DNA from: Chloroflexota bacterium
Lineage (GTDB): Bacteria; Chloroflexota; UBA11872; VXNJ01
Assembly: GCA_965261345.1 (NCBI GenBank)
Contig: OZ253449.1
Coordinates: 960,001 to 1,024,000, forward strand
DNA: 64,000 nt
Direction of reading: 5' to 3'
In this document: positions 1 to 10,259 of the stretch, piece after piece
Layout of the letters: each line of letters opens with the position of its first letter
Position numbering within the stretch: position 1 is the stretch's first letter
Position numbers and translations under genes: made by a program
Notes under the pieces: model-generated
The model's database searches: none
Seen by the model: only the letters and a program-made list of their open reading frames with translations
Told to the model about the DNA's origin: nothing

Positions 1-688
1 CATCGAATTCGCGATGGTTGTGCGGACCGAGAGAATTGAAAATGTCGCCACGCTTGCCAAAACGGTCAAAGGCCGATCCGAAAGCGGCCACCGGTTTGGG
101 TGACCCCATCAGCCAGAGCGTCAGGTCGAGGATGTGCACCCCGATATCAATGAGGGCTCCGCCGCCGTTGACCGCGCGGTTGTGAAACATCCCCCACGAC
201 GGAATTCCGCGACGGCGCAGGTAGTGGGCTCGGGCAAAATAAATTTCCCCTAGATCACCCGATTCGATCTTGGATTTGAGCAGCTTCGCCTGGGGCGACT
301 GGCGGGTTTGGAACTGAACCGATAGCTTCTTGCCGGCAGCCTGGGCAGCGTCGATCATTTCGGTAGCCTCGTGCGCGTTCATGGCCATCGGTTTTTCGCA
401 GAGCACGTGCTTGCCCGCCTGCAATGCATCTATCGCACAGTCGCGATGCTTAAACGGCGGCACGCAGACTGAAACCAGGTCAACCTCGGGGAGCTCCAGC
501 AGCCTGCGATGGTCGTCAAAGGCCCGTGGAATCGAAAATGTGGCGGCCGCGGCCTCGGCGCGCGACCCGACCACATCGGCCACCGCCAGGACTTCCACTT
601 TCTCGCCCAAGGCCTGATATCCGGGAATGTGGCACATTTCGGCGATCCTGCCGGCGCCAATGATGCCGACCCCGATTTTCTCCGGCAA
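1..688 (-). CDS. Gfo/Idh/MocA family oxidoreductase (3' end outside window)
   Basis: Manual translation from TTG at 688: MPEKIGVGIIGAGRIAEMCH..., later HVLCEKPMA and GGALIDIGVH motifs; absent from ORF track because it runs off the edge. Confidence 0.9.
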   Translation of the reverse strand, partial: MPEKIGVGIIGAGRIAEMCHIPGYQALGEKVEVLAVADVVGSRAEAAAATFSIPRAFDDHRRLLELPEVDLVSVCVPPFKHRDCAIDALQAGKHVLCEKPMAMNAHEATEMIDAAQAAGKKLSVQFQTRQSPQAKLLKSKIESGDLGEIYFARAHYLRRRGIPSWGMFHNRAVNGGGALIDIGVHILDLTLWLMGSPKPVAAFGSAFDRFGKRGDIFNSLGPHNHREFD

Positions 689-769
689 TTTCCGATCCTT
701 TAAATTAATGCTTTTTCACAATATATTCAGCCCGGAATGTCCGGCCCGCCGGCAATCATTTTCAATCAA

Positions 770-1549
770 CCCATCGCCGGCAGCATCGCCGACGATTGAC
801 GCCCTGATCGTCGGGGTCGGTCCGGCCGGCAGCCTGGCGTCCTGTTAATTGGCCACCCCGGGGGCACTTGTTGGCGCTACTGGACCGTGCCAAATTCCCT
901 CCTGCGGGGGAGGGATCTCGATTGGCGTAGCTGGGTAATTGCCCTTCCCGCTTCGGCCGGTAATCGATCGAGCCATCTCCGGCACCTAGCTGTTCGGGGT
1001 CGGCGCTGCGAGCGCAACCTATCGGCCAGACACCCCTTTCGCCCACATGGCCGGGCGCTGAATGTTCAACCGTTTCCTGTTGGAAAACGTCGTCGGAGCC
1101 CGTTTTATAAAACGATGATCTCCGCCGGCGATCGAGGTTGGCGGCGAGGATGTTACCAAGCCGGCCGGAACGCGAAAATTTTGGAGAGGACGTTGGCCTG
1201 CGACGATGGCGCAAATGGTCCGGCTGCGCAACCGTCCAGCATACGCTGGCTGCGCCACAAATGGTCGGATTTGAGGCCAACTGTTTCCGCCGGCGGCGGT
1301 TGCCACCCGATTGCGAGCGGACCTGCCGATTCGACCCGGACTTTCCGCGCGGTGGCCACGAATGGGCTTTTGCAAATCGCGGTCACGCCAACTTCGCCGT
1401 GGTGTCCTGGAAGCGCGATGCCCACCGGCTCAAGGCTCAGCCGGCACCGTTTTTTGCTCAACCCGAGCTCGGCTCGGCCACCACTTAAGGCCATAGCGCA
1501 CTCAAAATCCCACGCCGATCCTTGGGCCGGTCAGGAACGCGAAGGGTGA
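770..1549 (+). pseudogene. Degraded geranylgeranyl-reductase-like FAD oxidoreductase
   Basis: IDALIVGVGPAGSLASC then TAA (846-848); LLDRAKFP and CGGGIS in other frames; later DDGANG (GADGANS-like). Boundaries approximate. Confidence 0.65.
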
Positions 1550-1663
1550 ACCCGCCGCCTACGATCTGCACCTTAGGCTTTTAGCAACCTTAAAACTTAA
1601 ATCCCGCCGCCAACAATTTGCAGCACCGACCGGTGCAGCTGGCGGGAATCGAAAGCCCCAGCG

Positions 1664-2542
1664 ATGGCCGATAAATCCCCTGCCCTAGTGTTGATTCACG
1701 TTGACGACCTGGGGATGTCGAAGGCAGCCAATCTGGGCGGTATCGAGGCCATGGAGGGGGCCGCAGGCTCGGGTTCAATCATGGTCCCCTGTCCGGCGGC
1801 CGACGAAATGATCGCAATCGCCCGCGAGCGTAACGATCTGGACCTGGGTTGCCACATCACCCTGAACGCCGAGTTTCCCGACTGGCGCTGGAAGCCGCTG
1901 CTTGGCGATGTGGAATCACTCTGTGACCGGGAGGGATTCATGTATCAGACTGCGCGCGAGACGATCGCCTTGGCCGATCCGGCAGAGGTCAAGCGCGAGA
2001 TGCAGGCCCAGGTCCGCTATCTGCTGGACGCCGGCTTGGCAATTACCCATATCGATGCCCACATGGGGACCGCAAACGACCGAAATTTCTTTGCCGACTA
2101 CGCCGAGTTGGGGATCGAATTTGAATTGCCGGTGCTGCTGCGCCGCCAAACCGCCGAACTTGGCGACTTCTTCAATCTCGAACACGGCTTGCGGTTTAAC
2201 CGCGAGCAATACGAGGCGATCTTAGAGGGCATGATCCGACGCGGCCATCCAGTTTTTGACCGCGCGATTCCCGGTACGCCGTGGTACAACCCGTACGTGG
2301 CGGCCGAACACAACCGGTCGCGGTTGGAGATGTGCGGGCCGGGACTCAACTACATGGCCATCCACTCGGCCTACCCGACCGAACAGCTCAAGGACTTTGC
2401 GCCCGACTGGATGATGCGCGACGCCGAACGCTACCTCTACGCCGCCGGCGGGCCAATCGAAGCCGCAATTGTCGAATTGGGGCTGGAGAGCATCGACTAC
2501 TCAGGCTACCTGGCGGCGGTCAAATCGGCTGCCGGCGCTTGA
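1664..2542 (+). CDS. ChbG/YdjC family carbohydrate deacetylase, copy 1
   Basis: IHVDDLG, GCHITLN, THIDAHMG motifs. Confidence 0.85.
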   Translation: MADKSPALVLIHVDDLGMSKAANLGGIEAMEGAAGSGSIMVPCPAADEMIAIARERNDLDLGCHITLNAEFPDWRWKPLLGDVESLCDREGFMYQTARETIALADPAEVKREMQAQVRYLLDAGLAITHIDAHMGTANDRNFFADYAELGIEFELPVLLRRQTAELGDFFNLEHGLRFNREQYEAILEGMIRRGHPVFDRAIPGTPWYNPYVAAEHNRSRLEMCGPGLNYMAIHSAYPTEQLKDFAPDWMMRDAERYLYAAGGPIEAAIVELGLESIDYSGYLAAVKSAAGA

Positions 2543-2615
2543 AGGACCCTACGACATCGTCAACCGGTGCGAAACCGACCCCGAACACCAAACAATCACA
2601 GCAAAGGTAGAACCA

Positions 2616-3473
2616 GTGGAAAACTACACCGTAATTCATGTCGATGATCTGGGGATGTCGCACGCGGCCAACCGGGGAGGAATCGAGGCAATGGAGGGCG
2701 CCGCCACCTGCGGCTCGATCATGGTCCCCTGTCCCGGATTCGACGAGATCGTCCAGATCGGCCGGGATCGGACCGAACTGGATCTGGGGTGTCACATCAC
2801 CCTGAACGCCGAATTTTTCGGCTTCCGCTGGAAACCGCTCCTAGATGATGTCCCCAGCTTGTGCGATGGCGATGGATTCCTTTGGCGCAAGGCCCGCGAA
2901 ACGATCGCCTTCGCCGATCCGGGCGAGGTCAAGCGCGAGATGCGGGCCCAGCTCGTACGCTTGCTCGATAGCGGCGTGGATGTGACCCACCTCGACGCCC
3001 ACATGGCTACCGCGATGGACAAGGCCTTCTACCGCGACTACGTGGAATTGGGACTTGAATTCGACCTTCCGACGTTGTCCCTGTCCAGTGATTCTGCCGG
3101 TGACATGCTCTCCCAGCACGGACTGCGCGCCGACGCCGACCTGTGCGCCGAATTGGCGAACGCCCTCGGCAGCCGGGGACTTCCAATCTTCGACTTTATC
3201 GAGATCGAGACCCCCTGGTACAACCCCTTTGTGGCCGAGCATCACCATCGCCTGCGGATCGGGCGACTAGCCGGGGGGCGCAACTACTTCATCCTCCATT
3301 CGGCAATGGGTGGCCCAGAGCTCAAGGCGTTCGCCCCCGATTGGATGCAGCGAGATTCCGAACGCTTCCTGTTCGCCCCGGGCGGGGCGCTGGCCGGCGA
3401 ATTTAGCGCCCGCGGCATTACCACCGTCGGGATGCGGCAACTGCGCGATGAGGCCCGCGCCGGGCGCGATTGA
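2616..3473 (+). CDS. ChbG/YdjC family carbohydrate deacetylase, copy 2
   Basis: IHVDDLG, GCHITLN, THLDAHM motifs; GTG start at 2616 after AAGG. Confidence 0.85.
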   Translation: MENYTVIHVDDLGMSHAANRGGIEAMEGAATCGSIMVPCPGFDEIVQIGRDRTELDLGCHITLNAEFFGFRWKPLLDDVPSLCDGDGFLWRKARETIAFADPGEVKREMRAQLVRLLDSGVDVTHLDAHMATAMDKAFYRDYVELGLEFDLPTLSLSSDSAGDMLSQHGLRADADLCAELANALGSRGLPIFDFIEIETPWYNPFVAEHHHRLRIGRLAGGRNYFILHSAMGGPELKAFAPDWMQRDSERFLFAPGGALAGEFSARGITTVGMRQLRDEARAGRD

Positions 3474-3480
3474 CTTTGGC

Positions 3481-3807
3481 TTAGTCGCCGTCGACCGGGC
3501 TGCGGAGGTACTGCGTCGAAAATAATTGGCGGCATTCGGAATCAGGTTCCAAACTTACGCCCAGTTCCCGGGCAAGGCGCCCCGCGATGTCGGCCGCGGC
3601 AAATTGCCCCCACGCCGATTCGAATGAAGCCAGGCAATGGAAATCTATTTCGACGGTGAATTGGGAATCATCACCCAGGCAGCTGTAGGTCCGCGCCGGC
3701 GGCCAGCCCAGGCTGGCAAACTGCTCATTTAGCCAGCAATTGATGCGTTTGCCCGGACGTCCCGGGACGTCCGGCGACAACTTGATCGACCACTGGAAGA
3801 TGATCAA
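3481..3807 (-). CDS. Small hypothetical protein, possibly NIPSNAP-like dimeric alpha/beta barrel
   Basis: 108-aa ORF filling the gap; FTVEIDFHCLASFESAW resembles such domains. Confidence 0.4.
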   Translation of the reverse strand: MIIFQWSIKLSPDVPGRPGKRINCWLNEQFASLGWPPARTYSCLGDDSQFTVEIDFHCLASFESAWGQFAAADIAGRLARELGVSLEPDSECRQLFSTQYLRSPVDGD

Positions 3808-3965
3808 GCTGACGGTCTTGGAATTTGCACGGCGGCCATTTGAAAATTATCTGGCCTCGGCACAGCGATTGGACGGCTGCGACTATATTGGATCTGCTCA
3901 TTGGCCGGGCCGGATGCGGACTCGGCAACCCACGCGGGGAGAAGTGAACCGTTAACGATAGCCGG

Positions 3966-5333
3966 TTGATCGTAATCTCCAATCGGTTGCCGGTTAGGCG
4001 CGACGCCGCCGGGCAATGGATATCCAGTTCCGGCGGGTTGGTCAGCGCGATAGCTCCGGTCCTGCGGCAGCGTGACGGCGGCTGGGTGGGCTGGTCGGGA
4101 ATCCCCGACGACGGACCCTTCGACTTTGAGCACGAGGAACTTGCCCTGCGGGCCGTCCGACTTAGCCAGGACGAGGTCAATGACTATTACTACGGGTTCT
4201 GCAACGGTACGATTTGGCCGCTTTTCCACGACGCCCTGCGCACGCCTGAGTACCACCGCCACTGGTGGCGCCCCTATCACGACGTCAATCAACGGTTTGC
4301 CGAAGCCGCCTCGGGCCTCCTGCGCAGCGGTGATGTCGCCTGGGTGCACGATTACCAACTAAACCTCGTGCCCGGACAGTTGCGGACCTTACGCCCCGAC
4401 GTTGCGATTGGTTTTTATCTTCATATCCCGTTTCCGCCGGTCGATCTGTTTGGCCAATTACCTTGGCGCCGGCAGATGCTGGAGGGAATGCTGGGAGCCG
4501 ATGTGCTGGGATTCCAGACCCGCCGGGCCCGCAATAATTTCGCCGCCGCGGCACGCCTGTACACGTCGGCCGAAGGGTCCAATGTCAGCCTGCGTTGGCA
4601 GGACCGGACGATTTTGCTGGTTGAGGCCCCGATCGCGATCGACTACAAATCTTTCGCCGAGCTGGCCCAGGTCCCCGACGTGGTCAACCGGTCCAAGCGC
4701 CTGCGCGAGATATTTAGCCACAATGCGGCAATCATCCTCGGAGTCGACCGACTCGACTACACCAAGGGAATTGACATCCGGCTGCGGGCGTTCGCCACCC
4801 TGCTGGAGCGATATCCACAGATCGCCGAACGCTGCGTGCTAGTTCAGGTGGCAGTGCCCACCCGCGAACAGGTCGGCGACTACGAGCGCATCCGCGGGCG
4901 GATCGAACGCCTCGTCGGTCAGATAAACGGTCGCTTCGCCCGATTGGGGCGAGTCCCGGTCCACTACCTCTACCGTTCGTTACCGATTGACGAGTTAATT
5001 TCCTATTACCTGGCGGCCGACGTGATGATGGTCACTCCGTTGCGCGACGGAATGAACATGGTCGCGCTTGAATACTGCGCCACCCGCAAGAGCAACACCG
5101 GCGTCCTGGTGCTGTCAGAATTTGCCGGCGCGGCCAATTACCTCCCCGATGCCCTGCTGGTTAACCCGCACGATATCGACGGCCTGGCAGACGCGATGTA
5201 CCGTGCCGTCAGTCTGGGCGAGGATGAACAGATCCGCCGCATGCGGCGGATGCGGCGCCGGGTTCGCACCAAGGACGTATTCGCCTGGGCGCGGCTGAAC
5301 CTGGAAATAATCACCGAACATACCGCCGGCTGA
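3966..5333 (+). CDS. otsA: Trehalose-6-phosphate synthase
   Basis: [41 protein letters not shown] motifs. Confidence 0.95.
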   Translation: MIVISNRLPVRRDAAGQWISSSGGLVSAIAPVLRQRDGGWVGWSGIPDDGPFDFEHEELALRAVRLSQDEVNDYYYGFCNGTIWPLFHDALRTPEYHRHWWRPYHDVNQRFAEAASGLLRSGDVAWVHDYQLNLVPGQLRTLRPDVAIGFYLHIPFPPVDLFGQLPWRRQMLEGMLGADVLGFQTRRARNNFAAAARLYTSAEGSNVSLRWQDRTILLVEAPIAIDYKSFAELAQVPDVVNRSKRLREIFSHNAAIILGVDRLDYTKGIDIRLRAFATLLERYPQIAERCVLVQVAVPTREQVGDYERIRGRIERLVGQINGRFARLGRVPVHYLYRSLPIDELISYYLAADVMMVTPLRDGMNMVALEYCATRKSNTGVLVLSEFAGAANYLPDALLVNPHDIDGLADAMYRAVSLGEDEQIRRMRRMRRRVRTKDVFAWARLNLEIITEHTAG

Positions 5334-5436
5334 TCGCCGTTCGGCCACCTTATCTAAAATTGGCGCCGACGCCATAGACGGCACCGGCATTGATCGCAGC
5401 CGGGTTCGCCGACCTTATCCTGACCGATCTCCCCCA

Positions 5437-5790
5437 ATGCCGACCTACCAGTATTCCTGCGACAGCTGCGGAAACCAGATCGAAGTGCGACAGCGCTTTA
5501 GCGACGACCCGCTGCAAGATTGTCCGGACTGTGAACAATCCAGTTTGCGGCGGGTCATTTTTGCTACCGGAGTGATATTTAAGGGCTCCGGCTGGTACAA
5601 GACCGACAACCGCCGCGACCCTGACAAGACCGAAGCCAAGGCCGAACAGGCCAAGGAAAAAGCGGCCGCCAAGAGCGAATCAGACGGGTCGGAGAAGAAC
5701 GCTGCCGGCAAGGCCGTCACCGGCAAGGCCGAATCCTCCGAAAAGAAAAAACCCGCCAAGGCGCCGGCTGGAGCGGCGGCCGGTGGCTGA
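5437..5790 (+). CDS. FmdB family zinc-ribbon protein
   Basis: MPTYQYSCDSCG...CPDC...FKGSGWYKTD with Lys/Ala-rich tail. Confidence 0.9.
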   Translation: MPTYQYSCDSCGNQIEVRQRFSDDPLQDCPDCEQSSLRRVIFATGVIFKGSGWYKTDNRRDPDKTEAKAEQAKEKAAAKSESDGSEKNAAGKAVTGKAESSEKKKPAKAPAGAAAGG

Positions 5791-5804
5791 AAGTCCCCCC
5801 GGCC

Positions 5805-6275
5805 ATGAAGGCGGTACTACAGCGGGTAACTAAGGCCGAGGTCCGCGTCGACGACCAGGTCGTTGGCGCAATCGGGGCCGGTCTGTTAGTGCTCGTCGGG
5901 GTGGCCCGCGGCGACGCCGACGGCGACGCCGAATGGCTGGCCGAAAAGATCGCGCGGCTGCGAATATTTGAGGTTGACGGAAAATTTTCAACCAGCCTGG
6001 TCGACCGCGCCGGCTCGGTCCTGCTGGTTTCGCAATTTACCTTGTTGGCTTCAACCCACAAGGGACGACGCCCGGGGTTCGCCGCCGCCGCCGACCCACC
6101 GGTTGCACGCCAATTGATTTGCCGGCTGGGCGAGCGATTGAACCGGTACGGTTTAGTTGTTGAATCTGGGCGATTCGGTGCCAAGATGGAAGTTGATCTG
6201 ATAAACGATGGACCGGTCACGATCCTGCTAGATAGCGCCGACCGGGCGGTCGCTCGCCGCGAGGCAGCAAGGTGA
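5805..6275 (+). CDS. dtd: D-aminoacyl-tRNA deacylase
   Basis: MKAVLQRV, SQFTL, NDGPVT motifs. Confidence 0.95.
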   Translation: MKAVLQRVTKAEVRVDDQVVGAIGAGLLVLVGVARGDADGDAEWLAEKIARLRIFEVDGKFSTSLVDRAGSVLLVSQFTLLASTHKGRRPGFAAAADPPVARQLICRLGERLNRYGLVVESGRFGAKMEVDLINDGPVTILLDSADRAVARREAAR

Positions 6276-7774
6276 GAGATCAACCGGGGGCGGTTGGATC
6301 GGTGACCGGAGCGGTTGATTTGGCCCCGGCCGCCTGGGCCGCCAAACGCTTTCTGGAGCAGCAACTGCTGTCGGCTTTTGCCGGCTACGGCTACCAGGGT
6401 ATTGGCGTCCCGCTGCTGGAATACTCCGAACTCTACGAGCGCAAGGCCGGCGCCCGCGTGGTCGCCCAACTGCTGCCGATTCCCGACCACGCCGGAAGGC
6501 AAATCTGCCTGCGGCCGGAATTTACGGCTTCGGTGGTACGGGCCTGGGCCGGCGGCGGCGGCGGCCTGCCGGCCCGCTTGATGTATTCGGGGCCGGCCTT
6601 TAGGCGGCGCGAGCAGAGGTCGGCTCCGCCGGATCAATTCACCGAGACCGGCGCCGAACTTATCGGCGTGCCGGGGCCAATTGGCGACGCCGAGATCATT
6701 TCCATGGCCTGTGCGACCCTTGACCAGGTCGAGGTCTGGGAGCGGCGAATAGTCCTCGGCCACCTAGGGGTCCTAGGCCATTTGTTCTCCGATCTGGGAC
6801 TGTCGCTGCGCGCGCGCACTCTGCTGCTGGAGGGGCTCGCCGACATCCGCCGCCCCGGCGGCGGCATCGCCTCCGCGCGGCGGCGGGCGCTGGACCGCTA
6901 CCGCGGACTGGCCCCTTCCTCACCGAGCGGACCGGCCAGTGGCCTCGACCGCCAACAGCTGGGGGATTTGGCCGATTCGATCTCCGGTGGCATCGCCGGC
7001 TTCGGCGGGGTTCGCAGCCGCGAACAGATCGTCGCCCGATTGGCGACCAAGCTCGAACGCGGCGACGAGAGCGCCCAACTGGAATCGGCATTCGATCTCC
7101 TGGGCAGTCTGAGTCAATGCCGTGGTCCGGTGCGCAAGGCCTTGACCGATACCACCAATCTGCTCGCCCAACGCGGGCTCGCCAGCGGACCGCTGGCCGA
7201 ACTTGCCCAGCTGCTCAATCTGCTAGAGGACGAAGGGTTAGATCTTGGCCCGTTCGAATTCGATCCGGTCCTGGGGCGCGGCCTACAGTACTACACCGGC
7301 CTAGTATTTGAGATTTTTGCCCCGCAGGAGAGTGGTTGGGTGCAAATTTGCGGCGGCGGTCGTTACGACGATCTGTTGGCTGCGATCGCTCCCGCCGGCC
7401 CGGCCCCGGCGGTGGGCTTGAGCTTTCGCATCGAACGCTTGTTGGAGGCCGGGGGCCAGCGCCTGGCCGCAGCCGGGGAGCGCTCGCCCGCCGACGTGAT
7501 AGTGATCGCGCGAGTCGGTTGCGAAGGCGCCGCCCTAGCTTTGGCCAAGAGCCTGCGCAAGTCTTGGCTGCGCACCGTCACGGGAACCGACGACACCGAC
7601 TTGGCGTCCGTGCTCAAAAGAGCCAAAAATCAGTCGATCGCGGTCGCGGTGCGGCAATCGGTTCCGCCCTCCCAATCGGTGACGGTCTGGGACCTGGCGG
7701 GCGGGCGCGAGAACGTCTTGGACCAGCAGGAATTGCCGGCGGCGATTTTTGACATCATCGGCCAGCAAGCGTGA
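6272..7774 (+). CDS. hisZ: HisRS-like ATP phosphoribosyltransferase regulatory subunit
   Basis: LRPEFTA, RGLQYYTGLVFE, GGGRYD motifs; overlaps the hisG start; a divergent hisS is not excluded. Confidence 0.75.
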   Translation: MRDQPGAVGSVTGAVDLAPAAWAAKRFLEQQLLSAFAGYGYQGIGVPLLEYSELYERKAGARVVAQLLPIPDHAGRQICLRPEFTASVVRAWAGGGGGLPARLMYSGPAFRRREQRSAPPDQFTETGAELIGVPGPIGDAEIISMACATLDQVEVWERRIVLGHLGVLGHLFSDLGLSLRARTLLLEGLADIRRPGGGIASARRRALDRYRGLAPSSPSGPASGLDRQQLGDLADSISGGIAGFGGVRSREQIVARLATKLERGDESAQLESAFDLLGSLSQCRGPVRKALTDTTNLLAQRGLASGPLAELAQLLNLLEDEGLDLGPFEFDPVLGRGLQYYTGLVFEIFAPQESGWVQICGGGRYDDLLAAIAPAGPAPAVGLSFRIERLLEAGGQRLAAAGERSPADVIVIARVGCEGAALALAKSLRKSWLRTVTGTDDTDLASVLKRAKNQSIAVAVRQSVPPSQSVTVWDLAGGRENVLDQQELPAAIFDIIGQQA

Positions 7775-8787
7775 ACGGGGCAGAACTGGATTTTTCGCTT
7801 CCCGGAAAGGGCCGGATCGGCGAACAGACCCTGGCCATGCTGGCCGAATGCGGCCTGGCGCTATCGGTTCGCAGCCCGCGCAGTTACTCCGGTTCGATAC
7901 CGGCCCTGCCCGGCCTGGTCGCCCACTTGCAAAGGGCCAGCGACATCGTCGAACAGGTCCGCTCGGGCAACGCCGACATCGGTATAACCGGGCGTGACAT
8001 CCTGGCCGAGTCGGGAGCTGACGAATCGGAAATCATCACTCTGATGGATGACCTGGGTTATTCGCGGGCAAGACTGGTAATCGCCGTTCCGGACGCCTGG
8101 TTCGACGTGGTGGCGATGGCCGATCTGGCCGAAGTCGCGCTCGATCTGCGCATCCAGGGCCGGGCGCTGCGGGTGGCAACATCATTTCCCGCGCTCACCC
8201 GGAAGTTCCTAATTGCCAGCGGCGTGTACAACCTGCGGGTGGTGACCACCTCGGGTAGCGTCGAGGCCGCGCCGGGACTTGGTTCGGCCGACATCATCTG
8301 CGATATCGTCCAGACCGGGTCGGCGCTCTCCCAGAATCGCCTCCGCGCCCTTCCCGACGGGCAGGTCATGCAATCGGCGGCCTGCCTGATCGGCAACACC
8401 GTGGCGCTGCAGGGCAGCGCCCGCAAGCGCCAGATCACCGGTCGCCTGCTTGAATATCTTGAGGCTCACATGGCCGCCGATCAGGCGTATACGATCACTG
8501 CCAACATCTGCGGCGACTCCGAGCGGGCGATTGCCCGTTTCATCCTCGACGATCTCGATTTGGCCGGAATCAAGGGTCCGACCGTGGCCCCCGTGTATGA
8601 CAAAAACGGACAGGGCGGATGGTATGCAATCACCGTAACGATAGCCCGTGACCGATTAGTCGACGCGGTCGCCCATTTGCGGTCGGCCGGCGCGGTCTCG
8701 ATCCTGGCCCGCCGGGTGGATTACGCGTTCGCCGCCTCATGCCGGGCCCAGGTGGCGATGCTGGACAAGCTGGGGGTCGGCGACTGA
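7771..8787 (+). CDS. hisG: ATP phosphoribosyltransferase (long form)
   Basis: PGKGR, DIGITGRD, GSVEAAP, ICDIVQTG motifs plus C-terminal regulatory domain. Confidence 0.93.
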   Translation: MNGAELDFSLPGKGRIGEQTLAMLAECGLALSVRSPRSYSGSIPALPGLVAHLQRASDIVEQVRSGNADIGITGRDILAESGADESEIITLMDDLGYSRARLVIAVPDAWFDVVAMADLAEVALDLRIQGRALRVATSFPALTRKFLIASGVYNLRVVTTSGSVEAAPGLGSADIICDIVQTGSALSQNRLRALPDGQVMQSAACLIGNTVALQGSARKRQITGRLLEYLEAHMAADQAYTITANICGDSERAIARFILDDLDLAGIKGPTVAPVYDKNGQGGWYAITVTIARDRLVDAVAHLRSAGAVSILARRVDYAFAASCRAQVAMLDKLGVGD

Positions 8788-10109
8788 AGGATTTGCCGAT
8801 CGTTTACGGCGCGGCCAAGATCGCCGCTGACCTGCTGCGGCGCCGGCCAATTACCCAGGTCGCGCTAAGCGACGAGCAACAGCGGGTTATGCGGCCGGTT
8901 TTTGGCAGCGATTTGAGCGCTCCGGAATTCGTGTCCCGGGTGTTTGCGGAAATATCCGCCACCGGGCCGGTCGGGCTAAAAAGGATAAGTCGCGCCCTGG
9001 GGATGGCGTTCCCCACCCCGCTGCAAGTTGATCAGCCGCGGATCGCCGCCGCACGGGACGGGCTCAGCCGACAGACCCGCAATGACCTGGAATTGGCGGC
9101 CCGGCGGATCAGGGATTTCTACGAGGCAACCATGCCGACGCTGGAGCCGGTCGGTACTGACAACTGCTACCAGGTAATGAGGCCAGTCGCCGCGGCCGGA
9201 ATCTACGCACCCGGCGGTCGCGCGGCCTACCCCTCATCGCTGCTAATGACGGTCATTCCGGCTTCGGTCGCTGGTGTTGGCAGCATCTTCGTTGCCTCGC
9301 CACCTGGTCCTGACGGAGAAGTTAGCCCGATCGTTTTGGCGGCGGCGGCGCTGGCCGGGATTGAGACCGTGTACGCCTTGGGCGGTGCCCAGGCGATTGC
9401 GGCCATGGCCCTCGGGATTGCGCCGGTGCCGCGCGCCGATGTCGTTTCCGGCCCAGGAAATGCCTTCGTCGTATTGGCCCTGCGGCAAGCGGTCGGGTTG
9501 ACCGGAATAGCAACCCTGCCCGGTCCCACCGAGACGCTGATCATCGCCGACCGGAGCGCCGACCCCGGCCACCTGGCGGCTGACCTGTTGGCCCAAGCCG
9601 AACACGATCCGATGGCCAGCCCGCTGCTGCTGCTCGATTGCCGCGATTTGGCGTTGGCAACCGCCGAGCGGATCTCCCGCCAGCTTGCAACCCTCCCGCG
9701 CCGCGAGATCGCCGCTAGCGCACTTAGCAACAACGGCGGAATCGGGGTGCTGGACGAGTTGGCGGAGGCGGTTGATCTGGCCAATTCCTTCGCTCCCGAG
9801 CACCTCTGCCTGGTCGGCCCGGGGGCCGAGGCACTGGCCGAATCGATCAATTCCGCCGGCGGCGTGTTCGTCGGCGACCAATCGCCCGAAGTACTGGGCG
9901 ACTACCTGGCGGGACCCTCGCATGTGATGCCGGTTGGGGGCACCGCCCGCTACGCCTCGCCGGTCAGCGTTTACGACTTCCTGAAACGGACCAATTATTT
10001 CAAGTTGACGCAACGGCAAGCGCGCGGCCTTGCTCCGGCGGCGGCCCGCCTGGCCGAACTCGAGGGACTTAGCGGCCACGCCCGCGCTGCCCGGCTGCGC
10101 CTTCGCTGA
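8784..10109 (+). CDS. hisD: Histidinol dehydrogenase
   Basis: PGGRAAYPSS, GPGNAFV, QAEHD, APEHL, GDYLAGPSHVMP; start CTG 8784 or TTG 8793. Confidence 0.95.
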   Translation: MKDLPIVYGAAKIAADLLRRRPITQVALSDEQQRVMRPVFGSDLSAPEFVSRVFAEISATGPVGLKRISRALGMAFPTPLQVDQPRIAAARDGLSRQTRNDLELAARRIRDFYEATMPTLEPVGTDNCYQVMRPVAAAGIYAPGGRAAYPSSLLMTVIPASVAGVGSIFVASPPGPDGEVSPIVLAAAALAGIETVYALGGAQAIAAMALGIAPVPRADVVSGPGNAFVVLALRQAVGLTGIATLPGPTETLIIADRSADPGHLAADLLAQAEHDPMASPLLLLDCRDLALATAERISRQLATLPRREIAASALSNNGGIGVLDELAEAVDLANSFAPEHLCLVGPGAEALAESINSAGGVFVGDQSPEVLGDYLAGPSHVMPVGGTARYASPVSVYDFLKRTNYFKLTQRQARGLAPAAARLAELEGLSGHARAARLRLR

Positions 10110-10259
10110 CTCGCTAAGAATGCTCGGTAACCGGAAAATATTGATGCCGGGCCCGGGCGGATTGGATACTTTGCCAGAGTGGTTCTGCGTCTTTTTGTAA
10201 AACCGCAGCGCTGAACCGGTCGGTCATCCACCAAGGACACGGAAGGCAAGCAGGCAACA

